Shown here piece after piece: positions 37,254 to 50,469 of a stretch of 64,000 bases of DNA (position 1 is the stretch's first letter; every line of letters starts with the position of its first letter). This DNA comes from Takakia lepidozioides (lineage: Eukaryota; Plantae; Bryophyta), in contig CM060732.1 in assembly GCA_030704615.1 (NCBI GenBank), positions 52,390,001 through 52,454,000 of the forward strand. The letters are read 5' to 3'. Position numbers and translations under genes: made by a program. The notes below the pieces were generated by a model, which was not told where the DNA came from, searched no databases, and was given only the letters and a program-made list of their open reading frames with translations.

Positions 37254-38992
37254 TTAAGTCAATATGAGAATGAGTGCATCTGGAACCTGCCATTATCCTT
37301 CTGAACCTCAGTAAAGTTGAAATAACCACATGTCCCAAACACACTAGGCAGACCTAGAAAAAATAACTTAGAAGAAGCTGTATTGTTTGACCTACACAGG
37401 CCCCTTCACACACTTCACACCGGTTCATTGTCTCCCTCCACGGGGACTGGAGGGAATGCTTCTTTGGATCTTGTCAATAACACAAGCCTCCCAACTCCAA
37501 ACCCAGTATTTTCAAGCATGTAGGTAGGCCAAGAATTGTGAAAGGTAATCCTGTTACTCACCTCAGGCTGCTTTTGTGTCTACACCTGCGATATTGGGTC
37601 ACTTTGATATGATTGTTCTGGCAAACTCTACTTGTTTTGTTGAGGTGATTGTCCAGCCGGGGCATTGATATGGCTGGGAACAACTGACAATAGAGGCTCA
37701 ACTAAGATAGGCACCTGCCATAGATTTCCAATCTGTACATGCCCCCACCACCCACCCTCCCTCCCTCACCTTGTAAATGTATGCTAATGGAACTATTCCC
37801 ACTTCAAAGATGCATAGCTAGAGGGAGTGTATTCAGATCTGTAATCTCCCACATTATCTTCCATTTCCATATCTGCTAGGATCATGGTTGGATTGAGAAA
37901 CAGCCATTTGATGGTCACAGGTCCCCCACCTTGAGCCATTTTCAATCTAAGTGAGCAACCAAGAAGTGGAGTAAGAGGAAAAAGAAGAGTAAAAACCCAG
38001 AACAACTTTAGTGCCTCCAACCAGAGATTGTGTATTGAATTTGTGGTCACAGCAATTAACTTTGCATGGTTTCCAGTGAGAATGTAACAAAAGAGAAGCA
38101 CTTCACACCATTATATTGCATGTGGATTAAGGTGTTGTGAGTTGTGACCTTCAGAGGAGTCTGGCGGACATGACTAGATTTGCACCCCAAGAATTCAGAG
38201 TTCAGACAAGCTGACTTCCTCATTGCAAAAGCCTATGGGGACACTCAAGTCACTATGCATTTTAATTGACCGGCTTTACAAGGACAGCCTTCGTGTTGAG
38301 GGGTTGTAACTTAGACATGCATTTCATTGAGTAGGGCTCGAAATATATCAAGGGGGATCTTGCAACTTCTAACTGTAGTGGTTCCTGGAACACTCACATT
38401 ACAGATGACTAAACACTGCAGTTCATTCAGTATATGCCCAAAACTTACTACTACACTGGAAATCAGTGTCTGGGCAAGTCCCTGCAAACATTGGCTACAA
38501 CAGATTCAGTCGATCAGACTCCTCTACTACTTTGGTTGGCTGTCGCCCAGTCTGTCAGAAAATCTTCAACTAGGTAGCAAAAGAGGGTGGAGCTGGTCAC
38601 TGTGAGGTAGTAGTGAAACACGCAGCAAAGATACCACTTTCCACCTGATGTCCTGGTACCATACATCAAGAGGGGGTGTTTTCCTCTTTGTAATATCCAT
38701 ACCATGAAACACAAGAACTGTTTGGTTCTCTGCTAAAGCAGACAGCCACCAAGTAGAGACTTAAACTGACCACTACATAAAGAAGCCCCACCTAACTGTA
38801 AAAGGTTGTAATCTCTCTAACTCACCCTTAAACCCCACTATGCTCAACCCTTTTCTCCAAATCAAGAAGCCCTCAACACACAAGCATATTATGTCAATTG
38901 TTTGCTCAGAGTCCTCCATTGCAATCCATTTAAACCCCTGGAAACTGGAGTCTTTACCATTGGATACACCAAATTTCTGGATAATACTTGCT

Positions 38993-40172
<1,180 letters not shown>

Positions 40173-41500
40173 TTAGCTATCACACCAAAATCACGACACC
40201 ACTCCCACGATGTCAGCCCCTCACAAGCAATCCAGCAACTCCGTGAGCTCAGCGAGCGACGCTCTCGCGCAAGCACTCGCCGAGAGAGACCAGAGACCAA
40301 GCTGTCTTTTGCATATCCTCTGTGTCTTTCGATGCGGACGGGCACGATGCGGTCCAATCTACATTGGACGGCCTGTAGTGAAACTGGCAGTGTCCTCTTT
40401 CGCAGAGTACGACAAAATTAGACTGCTATATAAACATTATAAAAAAAAGCAGTAACGAAAATAACTCGATAATATCAGAACATAACAATTATATATATAT
40501 ATATATGTATATTCGAACAAACTGAGCCAATACCCAGAGAGCTTTGAATTCTTAAATCACTTTAAAATTTAGAAAATCAATTTAAAAGCTGAAAATCAAC
40601 AGTGACGGAGCCTGCCTTGTCTGCTGTGTGGAAGAGAGAAGGCTTCATTTGCTGTCGCTGCGATGGAGAGACTGAGCGAGAGAAGGGGGCAAGAAGGAAT
40701 GCGTTAGTCCGACTTCACTTTGATGGCAGCTCCTGGCGGACGTTTGCTATGCTCTTGCGTGGGAGTTGGGGGTGGCATAGAAACAGGAATTCATTGTTTC
40801 CGGTAGACTGGAGGTAAGTAACAGGTGTGTGCAAAATGAACCTCGGTTCACCCACATCTGCAATGGACTTGGAGGTAGTGCCAGTAAGACACGAAAAAAC
40901 AACAACTGCCCGATTTATACAATAATTAGACCTGCCATCCAGTTCTTCAGGTTACAGTCTGCTTTGAGTACAAGCACTACCCACAACTAAGATACAGCGC
41001 TCTTGGTAAATCACTTAAACTCAATAAGCTTGGATTTGGTGTGCTTGTACCTGGGTTGTAGGTCATGTGAACGTATTACCAAGCCCTACTTACAGAAAAT
41101 GATGTTGGAGAGGATTGCAGAAGATCACGTGTCTAGGCATTTGGTTGAACTCTCCCGCGGTCCAGATAAGACAGCTGCGGCATTATTGGACAGGCAAAAT
41201 GTGCTCTACTTTATTGGATGCCTTTGGGGAGATATGATCCTCAGTGTACACTAGTTTCATACAAGCTGATCCCGGGCATAGAATCAAAAGAATTCGTGTC
41301 CATGCTTTCACGAGGACAGATGCTACAATGACAACCAATGGCTTTTGAGCATGGGAGTCAGAAGGACTGACTGACTACAATTTGTTTCAGCCCTGTGTCT
41401 ATCAGGTGCCACATACAAAATTGAGTGAATTGTACATGCAACAACATCATGCATCTCAAGAACACTCGTGAGTCTGGACCCACTGAAAAAAGATTATGAG

Positions 41501-44152
41501 CTAGGGGTGCAACTGTTGAGGAGACGCTGGAGCAATCTCTGAACCCTTCACTATGGCTGCATGGGCTTGAGGTCCTGGGTCAGTGGTCTCTATAACAGTT
41601 AGCCTCGTCTCATCCCGTGTCTCCTCAGATTCTGAAGGCTGTCCCTGTCTTGTGGAGGAAGCAATAGAAAGATGCTCAGCTTCAAGAGCCTGCCATGAAC
41701 TATCAGCTGTTAGTGTTGACCCTGAAAGCCGTGAGTGAGAGGACTTGTGAGATGACTTGCGGGACGATTTTCGGTGGAGACGGTTGCTACCAAGTACAAC
41801 CTCAGATGGAAGGATGAGCTGACCGTCGGATGGAGTACCCATGAGTAATGCTAGAGAGCGCTCCAGGGATGTGGTCACTTTGTCCATGGAAGGCCGATCC
41901 TTCCCCTTCATGCGGACACACCGAGCAGCCACCCTGGCTATGCGCAGCAACCCCTCAGGGTTGGCAGGGTGCTCTAACCTTGGGTCCAATATAGAGAGTA
42001 TCTGGCCCTTTTTAATAAGTGGCACTGCCCACTCTACGATGTTGCCATCCTCATACTCCATATCGATGGCCTTTCTTGCAGCAAGAATCTCAAGTAGTAG
42101 TACACCAAAGCTGTACACATCACTTTTTGTTGTGAGATAATGTAACCTGTAATACTCAGGGTCAAGGTACCCCAGGGTCCCTGCTGGCAACTCAGACAGT
42201 GGCTTGTTACTGTCAGAAGGGCCTAACAAAGAGAGCCCAAAGTCGGCGACTCTTGCATTCCATTCATCGTCAAGAAGGATGTTTGAGGACTTGATATCCC
42301 GGTGGATGACCGGCGGGCAAGCGTAGCCATGCAGATACTCAAGGCCCCGCGCAGCTTGCACTGCAATCTTCACCCTCATCACCCAGCTCAGGCGGCCGTT
42401 TGGTGTCCCGTGAAGGTGCTCATGCAATGTACCTTGCTCCATGTACTCGTATACCAGCAGTCTTTCCCCCCCTTCATCACAGTACCCTAGCAAGTTGAGC
42501 AGGTGTGCATGGTTGAGCCGGGACAGGAGGTCCACCTCATTATTGAATTCTTTTGAATCATATGACTGTCGATCTGATGCAGGAGGTGTTGGCCGCTTAA
42601 CAGCGACACAACGTCCGTCACTGAGGTCGCCCTTGTAAACACAAGAAAAGCTGCCACGCCCAATTTCACTCTCCTCTGAAAATCCCCCTGTGGCTTCCTC
42701 AAGCTCCTTGTAACTGAACACATGTGCCCGGACCTTCTTCTCCACTGCATCCTGCACTTTCACTTTGTGAAAAGAAGCATGAAAGGAGTTCTTCTTAGTC
42801 ACTACCTGCACAGATTTCGAGTCCTTCTCCTCGGCTGGTGGAAGTCCATCTTTAAATAATCTGTGCCTTACCCAAAAGAAGGCAGCCATCAGAAGCACGC
42901 CAAGAACTACAACTGCTGTCACCAATTCACCAATGATAATGGGGAGTTGGATTGACGTACTGCGGCCTTTTGCAGGGTGGCTGCAGGCTGCAGAGCACTG
43001 CTCACCAGTGCAAAAGGTGCAGTTGTAGGCACACTCCCGGTCTGCAGTGGACTGACATGCAACTGACTCGTACATGTCTGTGGGGCATCCCTGACTACAA
43101 CCTACACATACATTGTCCGAGGGATTTTGACAAAGTGTAGCACCACTAGCATGCAGAGCTTGCACAGTTGCTGTGCTGAGGCTATAGGTGCCTGGTTGGC
43201 AGGGCTGAGAATTGCATATGCCAGAAGCCACAGCCATTGGTAGGGACACGGGATAGCCTGATCCCCAGCACATAGTTTGCAGACTGCGCACTGCCACCCC
43301 ACATGTAAAATAGTCACCTGCCGCTAGCGTTACAAACTGCTCATTCTTGGGCGTTGGAGTGTTGTTGGGCAGCGTCAGGCCCCAACAAAGAGGAGAGAGG
43401 TTATCAGCACGTAGACCACACATGTCGAACTTGCCACCCACAAACAGACTGAAGATGACTCCTGTCGGCACCCCTGTCGGTGATTCTAAGGTGCGTCCCC
43501 AGCAGACTGTATGTTGGTTAGCTTGTGTCATTCCACACACATGATACCCCCCTGCTGCGATGGAGCTGAATGCTTGCTTTGGAGCGTTACTTATCACTCC
43601 ACTGCCAGTCTCATCGCCCCAGCAAACAGGCGTGAAATTAGATGCAAAGAGCCCGCATGTGAAGAAAGAGCCAGAAGTGATGGACAGGAGGGGTGCATGC
43701 ACGAAGGATCCAGTCATGTTGTAGCCCCAGCAGTCCACCGCAGGATCAGCTACTGTGTAGTTGGATGCCTGGCGCAACGCGCAAAGATGATTATCCCCGG
43801 CACTCAAAGCTGTGTAGCGCTGACTGCCTACTGCCGGCACCCCAGCCTCCACATACAGGTTGTTTCCCCAGCAGTAGGGCTGTCGCAGCTGCATTGTGAG
43901 CCCACAAACAAAGCCATCACCCGCTGTCAACCCCGCCAACGGAAGCCGTGGCGGAGCCCCATAAACAGACGCAACATCACTTCCAAAACAGGTCACCAGG
44001 TTCGTTCCATCCATGCGCAGTGTACACAGCGTCTGCCCGTTTTCCCCATACGAAGCTGCCACCGAAGTCATGGATCCCAGTGCCTGCACCTGTGTAAGGC
44101 ACAGGCCCAGCTGCAGCAGCAGCCTCAACCATGGCCACAGCTGTGGCAGCAT
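41501..44152 (-). CDS. CR4: CRINKLY4 receptor-like kinase (single exon, ~883 aa)
   Basis: Signal peptide; LGSMTSVAASYGE start; tandem crinkly (RCC1-like) repeats (AGDGFVCGL...CWG); TNFR-like Cys domain; TM; kinase with RLNHAHLLNLLGYC, HGYACPPVIHRDIKSSN and PLSELPAGTLGYLDPEYYRLHYLTTKSDVY; C-terminal ILPSEVVLGSNRLH. First ATG at 44152 (44173 is GTG). Confidence 0.95.
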   Translation of the reverse strand: MLPQLWPWLRLLLQLGLCLTQVQALGSMTSVAASYGENGQTLCTLRMDGTNLVTCFGSDVASVYGAPPRLPLAGLTAGDGFVCGLTMQLRQPYCWGNNLYVEAGVPAVGSQRYTALSAGDNHLCALRQASNYTVADPAVDCWGYNMTGSFVHAPLLSITSGSFFTCGLFASNFTPVCWGDETGSGVISNAPKQAFSSIAAGGYHVCGMTQANQHTVCWGRTLESPTGVPTGVIFSLFVGGKFDMCGLRADNLSPLCWGLTLPNNTPTPKNEQFVTLAAGDYFTCGVAVRSLQTMCWGSGYPVSLPMAVASGICNSQPCQPGTYSLSTATVQALHASGATLCQNPSDNVCVGCSQGCPTDMYESVACQSTADRECAYNCTFCTGEQCSAACSHPAKGRSTSIQLPIIIGELVTAVVVLGVLLMAAFFWVRHRLFKDGLPPAEEKDSKSVQVVTKKNSFHASFHKVKVQDAVEKKVRAHVFSYKELEEATGGFSEESEIGRGSFSCVYKGDLSDGRCVAVKRPTPPASDRQSYDSKEFNNEVDLLSRLNHAHLLNLLGYCDEGGERLLVYEYMEQGTLHEHLHGTPNGRLSWVMRVKIAVQAARGLEYLHGYACPPVIHRDIKSSNILLDDEWNARVADFGLSLLGPSDSNKPLSELPAGTLGYLDPEYYRLHYLTTKSDVYSFGVLLLEILAARKAIDMEYEDGNIVEWAVPLIKKGQILSILDPRLEHPANPEGLLRIARVAARCVRMKGKDRPSMDKVTTSLERSLALLMGTPSDGQLILPSEVVLGSNRLHRKSSRKSSHKSSHSRLSGSTLTADSSWQALEAEHLSIASSTRQGQPSESEETRDETRLTVIETTDPGPQAHAAIVKGSEIAPASPQQLHP

Positions 44153-45189
44153 AGTGTTGACGTCTTCAATCACCGTAACATCACTGCCTTCATCCCCATG
44201 CTACTCCCGCTTACTTGTACTCCCGCTTCTTCCCCGAGCTTCACAGCTCGGACCAATGCAACAGTTCCCTCACACTTCTGATCAACTGCAAAGACGACCA
44301 ATACTAGCAAGTTGGTAACTCAACTTCCCCTCTCCAAGACGGATCCCCATGCAAGCCTCGAGGTCTACTTCACACTTCCACCAACTAGCACCACTGCACT
44401 AGCGCAACTGCAAGCTTACTGGCTTGTGTGAAGAGTACGTAGTGCAGCATTGTTCAATGGAAGCCCTCCCAGACACCTCGAGCCGCTGTGAGCAGCTGCA
44501 ACATCCTCTCCGTGCTCCTAATGTGCATCTCACGCAGGATCTCGTTGACTGTCGACCTGGACCAGCTCATCTATCTCCCCTTCAATCCTGCAATGTAAGT
44601 ATCCACAATGCCGCGCTCCACAAACAACAGCAGCTTTGAGGCAAGTGCATGGCAACAATGCAGCAGGAAACGTCCTGGCCTGCAAGCTCCTCTTCGTCTC
44701 GCACATCTCACAACCCAAATTTGTCAGAGCCTGCACCCTCCTTCTGCGAGCTCACTGCAAGCAAGCGCTCGGGAGAGCGACGATGGAAACAGTCCACACA
44801 CTCCCTCATTCCGGCTCAGGGCTGGCATTGGCAGCACCTAATTGTGAACCGCCACGTCACGCACAAGTGCAAGCAGGACTCTGGCAGTGCCCCCCGCATT
44901 GGCTGCGTGCCTGCGCTCCCCCGTGCCGCCTTCACGCCGCCATCGCTGTCGCCTCCCTCCTACCTACCTACCTACCTACCTCTCCCTCCGCCTCCCTCCC
45001 CTCTTCGATTTTCGATTTTCTGTTTTTCATTTATTCTATTTATTTGGATTTTTCCTGTAGTCCACCGATTTTCACTTTGACCATGCACCACATTGAACGA
45101 ATTTATTTCTCCACGGTTGTTCAGACAAAGTAAGTAAAAAGGAATAACTTAGCCAGTAGCTGAGTTGCACCCAGTGGTTTGGTGGTTTG

Positions 45190-45362
45190 GGGCTCAAATC
45201 TTGGTACTGTGTCCCGTGTGGTGTGATTTCATGGACGGTTGAAGGGCTACCGCCTTCCATCAGGAAGGTGGACACCTTTGTGACACCAATTGGTAGATCG
45301 AACCCACAACCACTTCCGAGGTGGTACATGCCCATTACCACTGGGCTACAACTTGGTTGTCT
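45190..45362 (-). mobile_element. tRNA-derived SINE copy 1
   Basis: Minus strand carries A box TAGCCCAGTGG and B box GGTTCGATC; similar to 45983-46152; 3' boundary approximate. Confidence 0.65.
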
Positions 45363-45829
45363 TCCCTGGTAATAGTGAAGCAACAGAGAGTCCATGGCGT
45401 TCAAAAAAGGTATCCACTCGAGCATACCAATATTGTTTGAAACCTCCATTAAGTGGATTGCCATCACTTGTATGTGGGCAACGAATGGCACTAAGGTACC
45501 CCATGTCAGTTGCTATACTCCAGTCTGAGATCCCCTACCATGATGGGTACATTTACATCCAACTATGGATTAAAGCAAGCTGAGCACAAGTTTGCTCTCT
45601 TTGAGTAGTTCTCGTGGTGGCTAGTGATTGGTGCAAAAACAACAAGCCACTGAAACCAATGATTTATTTGATCTGTTGGAACTTTGAATGACATGTTATT
45701 AAAATGTAGACTACGAAGTCAGCTGAGTTTGCAACCCAGATAAGATGGAAGGACGTTGGAACTAAAAGTTCCGAGCTTGTTCTAACTTAGGTCCTAGAAT
45801 CAAGCCTCAACAACCTGTATGCTTCATGG

Positions 45830-48800
45830 CTTATATGAAAGGGGGTCATATGGGCATGTATCATGTCTTTTGGATTATGCAATGTTACTGCTACCTTCCA
45901 AAGGCTCATGGATGTTGTGCTTGGCAATCTTCGCTGGAATGTGCCTTAGTATACATTGATGATATTAATATCTACTCCACTAAAGTATGACGCCTCCCGA
46001 AGGGAACGTAATTTATGGTGTCACTTCACCACAAGGGCTATTGTCTTCCAACTGAAAGGTGGACACCTTCATGACACACCAGACCGTGGTTTGAACCCAC
46101 AACCACATCCAACGTGGTATATGCCCATTACCATTGGGCTACATGTTGGTTGTCTACTCCACTACCTTTGATGCTCACTTTGTTGAATTTACAACGGGTG
46201 GTGTGCAGACTTCGGGCTGCAGGCCTAAAGGTCAAGGCCAAGAAGTGTGACTTCTGTATGGAGCAGCTACACTTCCTTGGACACTTGCTATCTGCTGCTG
46301 GCATCAGGCCAGATCCTCGTAAGATCGAGGTTGTTTGGGAGTGTCCTACTCCTAGGGACAAGACCTGTGTCAAAGCTTTCTGGGTCTTGGTTCCTATTAT
46401 CGTCGTTTCATCTTTTAGTTTGCCAAGCTTGCTGCCCCACTTACTCGCTTGTTGTCCAAAGATGTGCTTTTTGTATGGGGCACTGCAGAAACCTCGGCCT
46501 TTGAGAAACTTAAAATTGCTTTGACTTCAGCCCCTGTGCTTGTCTATCCTGATTTCACCTTGCCTTTCCTTTTACAAACTGATGCTAGTGACTTAGCTAT
46601 CTTTGTTGTGCTTATTCAAGTTCAAGATGGAAATGAGCATGCTATTGTCTATACCTCTAGGCGTCTTGACAAACATGAAAGAAACTATTATGTCATGGAC
46701 AAAGAAGGATTGGCAGTTATCTTTGGCGTCAAATATTTTAGACAGTATCTTCAAGGTTGTCGTTTCACCATTGAGACAGATCATTTACCTTTGTAGGCCT
46801 TGTTTACACCTCGTGAACTAACAGGGCCGTTGGCTAGATGGGCTCTGATTTTACAGGGTTATGATTTTCAGATTTCATACAAGCGAGGCAAAGATAATGT
46901 TAATGTTGATGCCTTGACTCATGGGGAAACAAATACTCTTGCCCCTTATACTACTTTAGATGATCTTGTCCCTGTTTTTGCTTCCCCTTCCACCTTTATT
47001 GTTGAGCCTGTTACTGATCCCTACACTCTATGATATCTGCTGGATTTCCCTTATGTTCCACGAGATCTGCTGGACTCTTGGGATCTACTGAACAATTTGA
47101 TGTTCATTAAATTTTCTGCTTGGTACTTGGTATTGTTAGTGGGTTGGCAACCTGCAACCTAGGCTGGCTTTGACCTTACCTTTTCCATGATCATGTTTCT
47201 CTAGTTCACTGGCCTGTCTTGTTCCTGACCAAGGGACTGAGCTGCACTCATAGCCTGCTTATTACCTCATAGGCAGCCAACTGAAAATGTAGTCAGGGTA
47301 AATGAGAAGAAGCTCACGGGGGCTGCCACGGAAGCTCCTGGTCTCCTCACCCTGCACTAACCTGCTGCTATGTGGCCATGAGTGTTGTAGGCATGGATGA
47401 TCCTCTTTAGGACGTTCTTCTCCACAGGTGCAAAGTCGGCACCCACCTTAGTGGCATATCCAAGCTCCTCATGAGGCAAGTGAACCATCACTTACCCACC
47501 CACCGGGAAAGTGAATGGAGGTTGTTCAGGGTGAATGCATTGAAAGGGTTTAGTTAAGGACGTTCCAGTTTTCATTGCCAAATGTGTGCCATGTCATGCC
47601 AAAACCATCATGCCTAGGACCGAAGCCCCTCTACCTTTGCTACCTATCCCGGTCACAGAGCCTTTTGCCCGGATAGGTTTAGATCTTGTTGGACCACTCA
47701 AATCCATGTCTAAGGGCCATGCATACCTTGCTGTTACTACGGATTACCTGATTAAGTGGGTTGAGCCCCGACCTCTGGTCGCTAAGGACAGTGATGAGGT
47801 GGTGCAATTTTTCTTTGATAAGGTGATTCTCCACCATGGTTGCCCTCTTGAAATCCTCACGGATCAAGGTATAGAATTCTGCAACCAGCTTATGGAGATT
47901 GTGTTGTTCAATCTAAACACTAAACATGTCGTGACTGCTCATAGTGCAATGGTTTGACAGAGCGATTCAACAAAACAATGTGCCAGATGCTTGAGACTCC
48001 GATAGGCTCACACTAACCCAAGGGCTGGCTATGGCAGCTGCAACCATGGAGGACCAACTTCACCAAGCCCTCCTCCAGAAGTGTAAGACCAACACTCATC
48101 TGTTGGGCCTCTCTTCCCGTCTCCTCAGGCAAGTCAACTATCATCTCCCCTCTCATCGAGAGCATGAAGGTAAATTGCTTAAGGTAGTTCATATTCAGGG
48201 GCAAGAGACTGCCGTGGAGGTCCCTACTAGGAGCTCTATGCTTGCGTTGCTTGAGCTTTACCATTGCTCACTATATGTTGGACATCTAGGCGTTGACAAA
48301 ACTGTCAAGCAACTCCAGGAAAAGTACCATTGGAAGGGGTTAACTAAGGATGTGGCAGATTTCATTTCTAAGTGTGTTCCATGTAAGTCTAAAACATTGT
48401 TGCCTAGGACCATAGTTCCTCTTAAATTACAACCAATTCCGGTGACTGAGATGTTTGCCCGAAATGGTCTTGATCTTGTTGGACCCCTCAGAACTACGAC
48501 TAAGGGCAATAGCTACATTGGTGTGGCTACTGATTACCTGTCTAAGTGGGTTGAGATCCGACCATTGGTTGCTAAGGACAGTGATGAGGTGGTTCAATTC
48601 TTCTCTGATGAAATCATGCTACGCCACGGTTGTCCCCCTTGAAATTTTAACTGATCAGGGTACGGAGTTTTGTAATCAGCTTATGGAGGTTGTGTGCTTT
48701 AATTTAGATGTCAAGCATCGCTTGACTGCTCCCTACAACCCCCAGTGCAACGGGCTTACAGAGAGGTTCAACAAAACCATGTGCCAGTTGTTAGAAAAGA

Positions 48801-49393
48801 ACGGGGCTCTCACTGAAGACTGGGATGTTACTCTACCCATTCTCATATTTGCCTACAGGACCACGGTGCATGCCAGCACTCGTTTTTCCCCTTTTGAATT
48901 ACTATATGGCCGCAAGGCTCGCACCCCTCTTCATGTCCTTGTGCTTCAAACTCAGGTTGAGGAGCCCATCATATGGGAAGACTTTCTTACTCACCTCACT
49001 TCTCATCGTTTACGTTTATTAGAGACTGCTAAGCACAACATTCAGGTTTCTCAAGTTGCTCAGGCTAGAAATTATAACCGTAGGGTTGTTTACTCTGAAT
49101 TTTTTTCTCTAGGCCAGACTGTTTGTGTTCGATTGCAGCCTGGCAAACAGGTCACCAAATCCAAGATGCGGATTGATGGGCCTTATCTGATTCATGCGAT
49201 TCTGCCTGGTCGGCAGTACCGTCTTCTTCCTCAACATCCTTCTACGGCGGAGATTGCAGGGACTGTTCATGTTTCTCAACTGGTCCCTTCTAAGCTACAG
49301 TTTGATTTGACCTGCATCAACGTGGAGAATCGGCATGTGGTTTTAACTCCGAAGAAACGTGCTTGGCTTGATTCTGATTTAGTTGCTACCTAG
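45830..49393 (+). mobile_element. Degenerate Ty3/Gypsy pol (RT, RNase H, integrase; integrase partly duplicated)
   Basis: RT ATFQRLMDVVL...VYIDDI; RNase H PFLLQTDASD...EGLAVIFGVKYFRQYLQG...ETDH; integrase HLGVDKT...CVPC, DLVGPL, TDQGTEF, APYNPQCNGLTERFN, FSPFELLYGR; no LTRs identified. Confidence 0.88.
45983..46152 (-). mobile_element. tRNA-derived SINE copy 2, inserted in the Gypsy RT
   Basis: A box TAGCCCAATGG and B box GGTTCAAACC; perfect 12-bp TSD TCTACTCCACTA at 45971-45982 and 46153-46164; removing it restores YIDDINIYSTTFDAH. Confidence 0.85.
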
Positions 49394-49979
49394 ACTTCCT
49401 CATCACACTGTCTTTATTCAGCTACTCCCTCCCTAGGATCTCTCTCAGTTTCTTTCTTGATCTTCAGGTTGCACACCTCACAAGCTAGGATTTTTCCACA
49501 TCAAGGTTTTGTCCTTTGCTCAAATTGCAGAGCAAGGTTTTCCTTGTCGCGGTTTTTTCATCCTATCGTGGTGTAACCTTGAGTGACCCTGCTCCCTGTC
49601 TTGAGCAGAGTGTTTATTTAGCTAGCTCACTGGAGCTCGCTTCTCTGTGTGCCAGGAGGCTTTACATATGTAATGGCCAGATTCCATCTACCTACCTTTT
49701 TGTCATTGGATGAACAGACGTTGGATGATGACCGTTGAAAAAGGGCTTGGATGAAACAGCTGGAGACAATCTATTTTTAAACTAAGTATTGTCTTATGTC
49801 AATAGCTAGTTTATCTCTAAATCCTCGGTTGCTTGCTATGAGGAAAGCGCATTTGGCTACGAAAGCATCTACGAAGCTCAAGGACACCTGCCAAAACAAG
49901 CAATAAATGATCTTTGTCTACAGGTTGTGCCATTACATCATATTTTGGGTCCACAAATCCTTAGAAGCAAATGGACTAG

Positions 49980-50468
49980 CAACAAGTGCAATTTTTGGAG
50001 GACCTTACATTCTATATTGCTGAAGGGTACAAACCCCTCTCATCTTTTGAAAATTTGTGGCTTAGGAGGTTGGTTTTGAGGCAGTGCCCTTGTGTCGTAT
50101 TCCCTTCTTGGAGACAATTTGTGGATGAGGTTCTTGTCGTCGATGGTTGCTCAGACAATGGATCGGCATGTACTACCTTCCCTTGAAATTGTGTCTCTGC
50201 ATCTGCCAGCTTCGATCTGTGGATGAGTAGGGGTGGAGTTGACATTTTTGCCTTGGTGATCAACTTCATTAGTGCGAACTGGGTTCCTATTCACGTTACT
50301 GTGGGTCTATTTGAAGTATCTAATACCTCAAGAGTAGCGATGGCAATTCAGCTGAAAACCCTACTTGACAGTTTTGTTTTAACTAAACGCATTTTTGCCT
50401 TTGTCAAGGACGAAGGAGATAATCTAAGCACAATGGCTGCCGCTCTCAAATCTGTCGTATCTTGTGAT
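49980..50468 (+). mobile_element. hAT transposase fragment
   Basis: FLEDLTFYIAEGYKPLS...ASFDLWMSRGGVDIFALVINF...VTVGLFE...FVKDEGDNLSTMAAALKSVVSC, an hAT RNase H-like domain pattern. Confidence 0.7.
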
Positions 50469-50469
50469 G

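Noticed and set aside
43511-44281. 256-aa plus-strand ORF and similar antisense ORFs over WAKL, WDR5 and CR4
   Set aside because: Shadow frames of GC-rich real genes with no independent motifs
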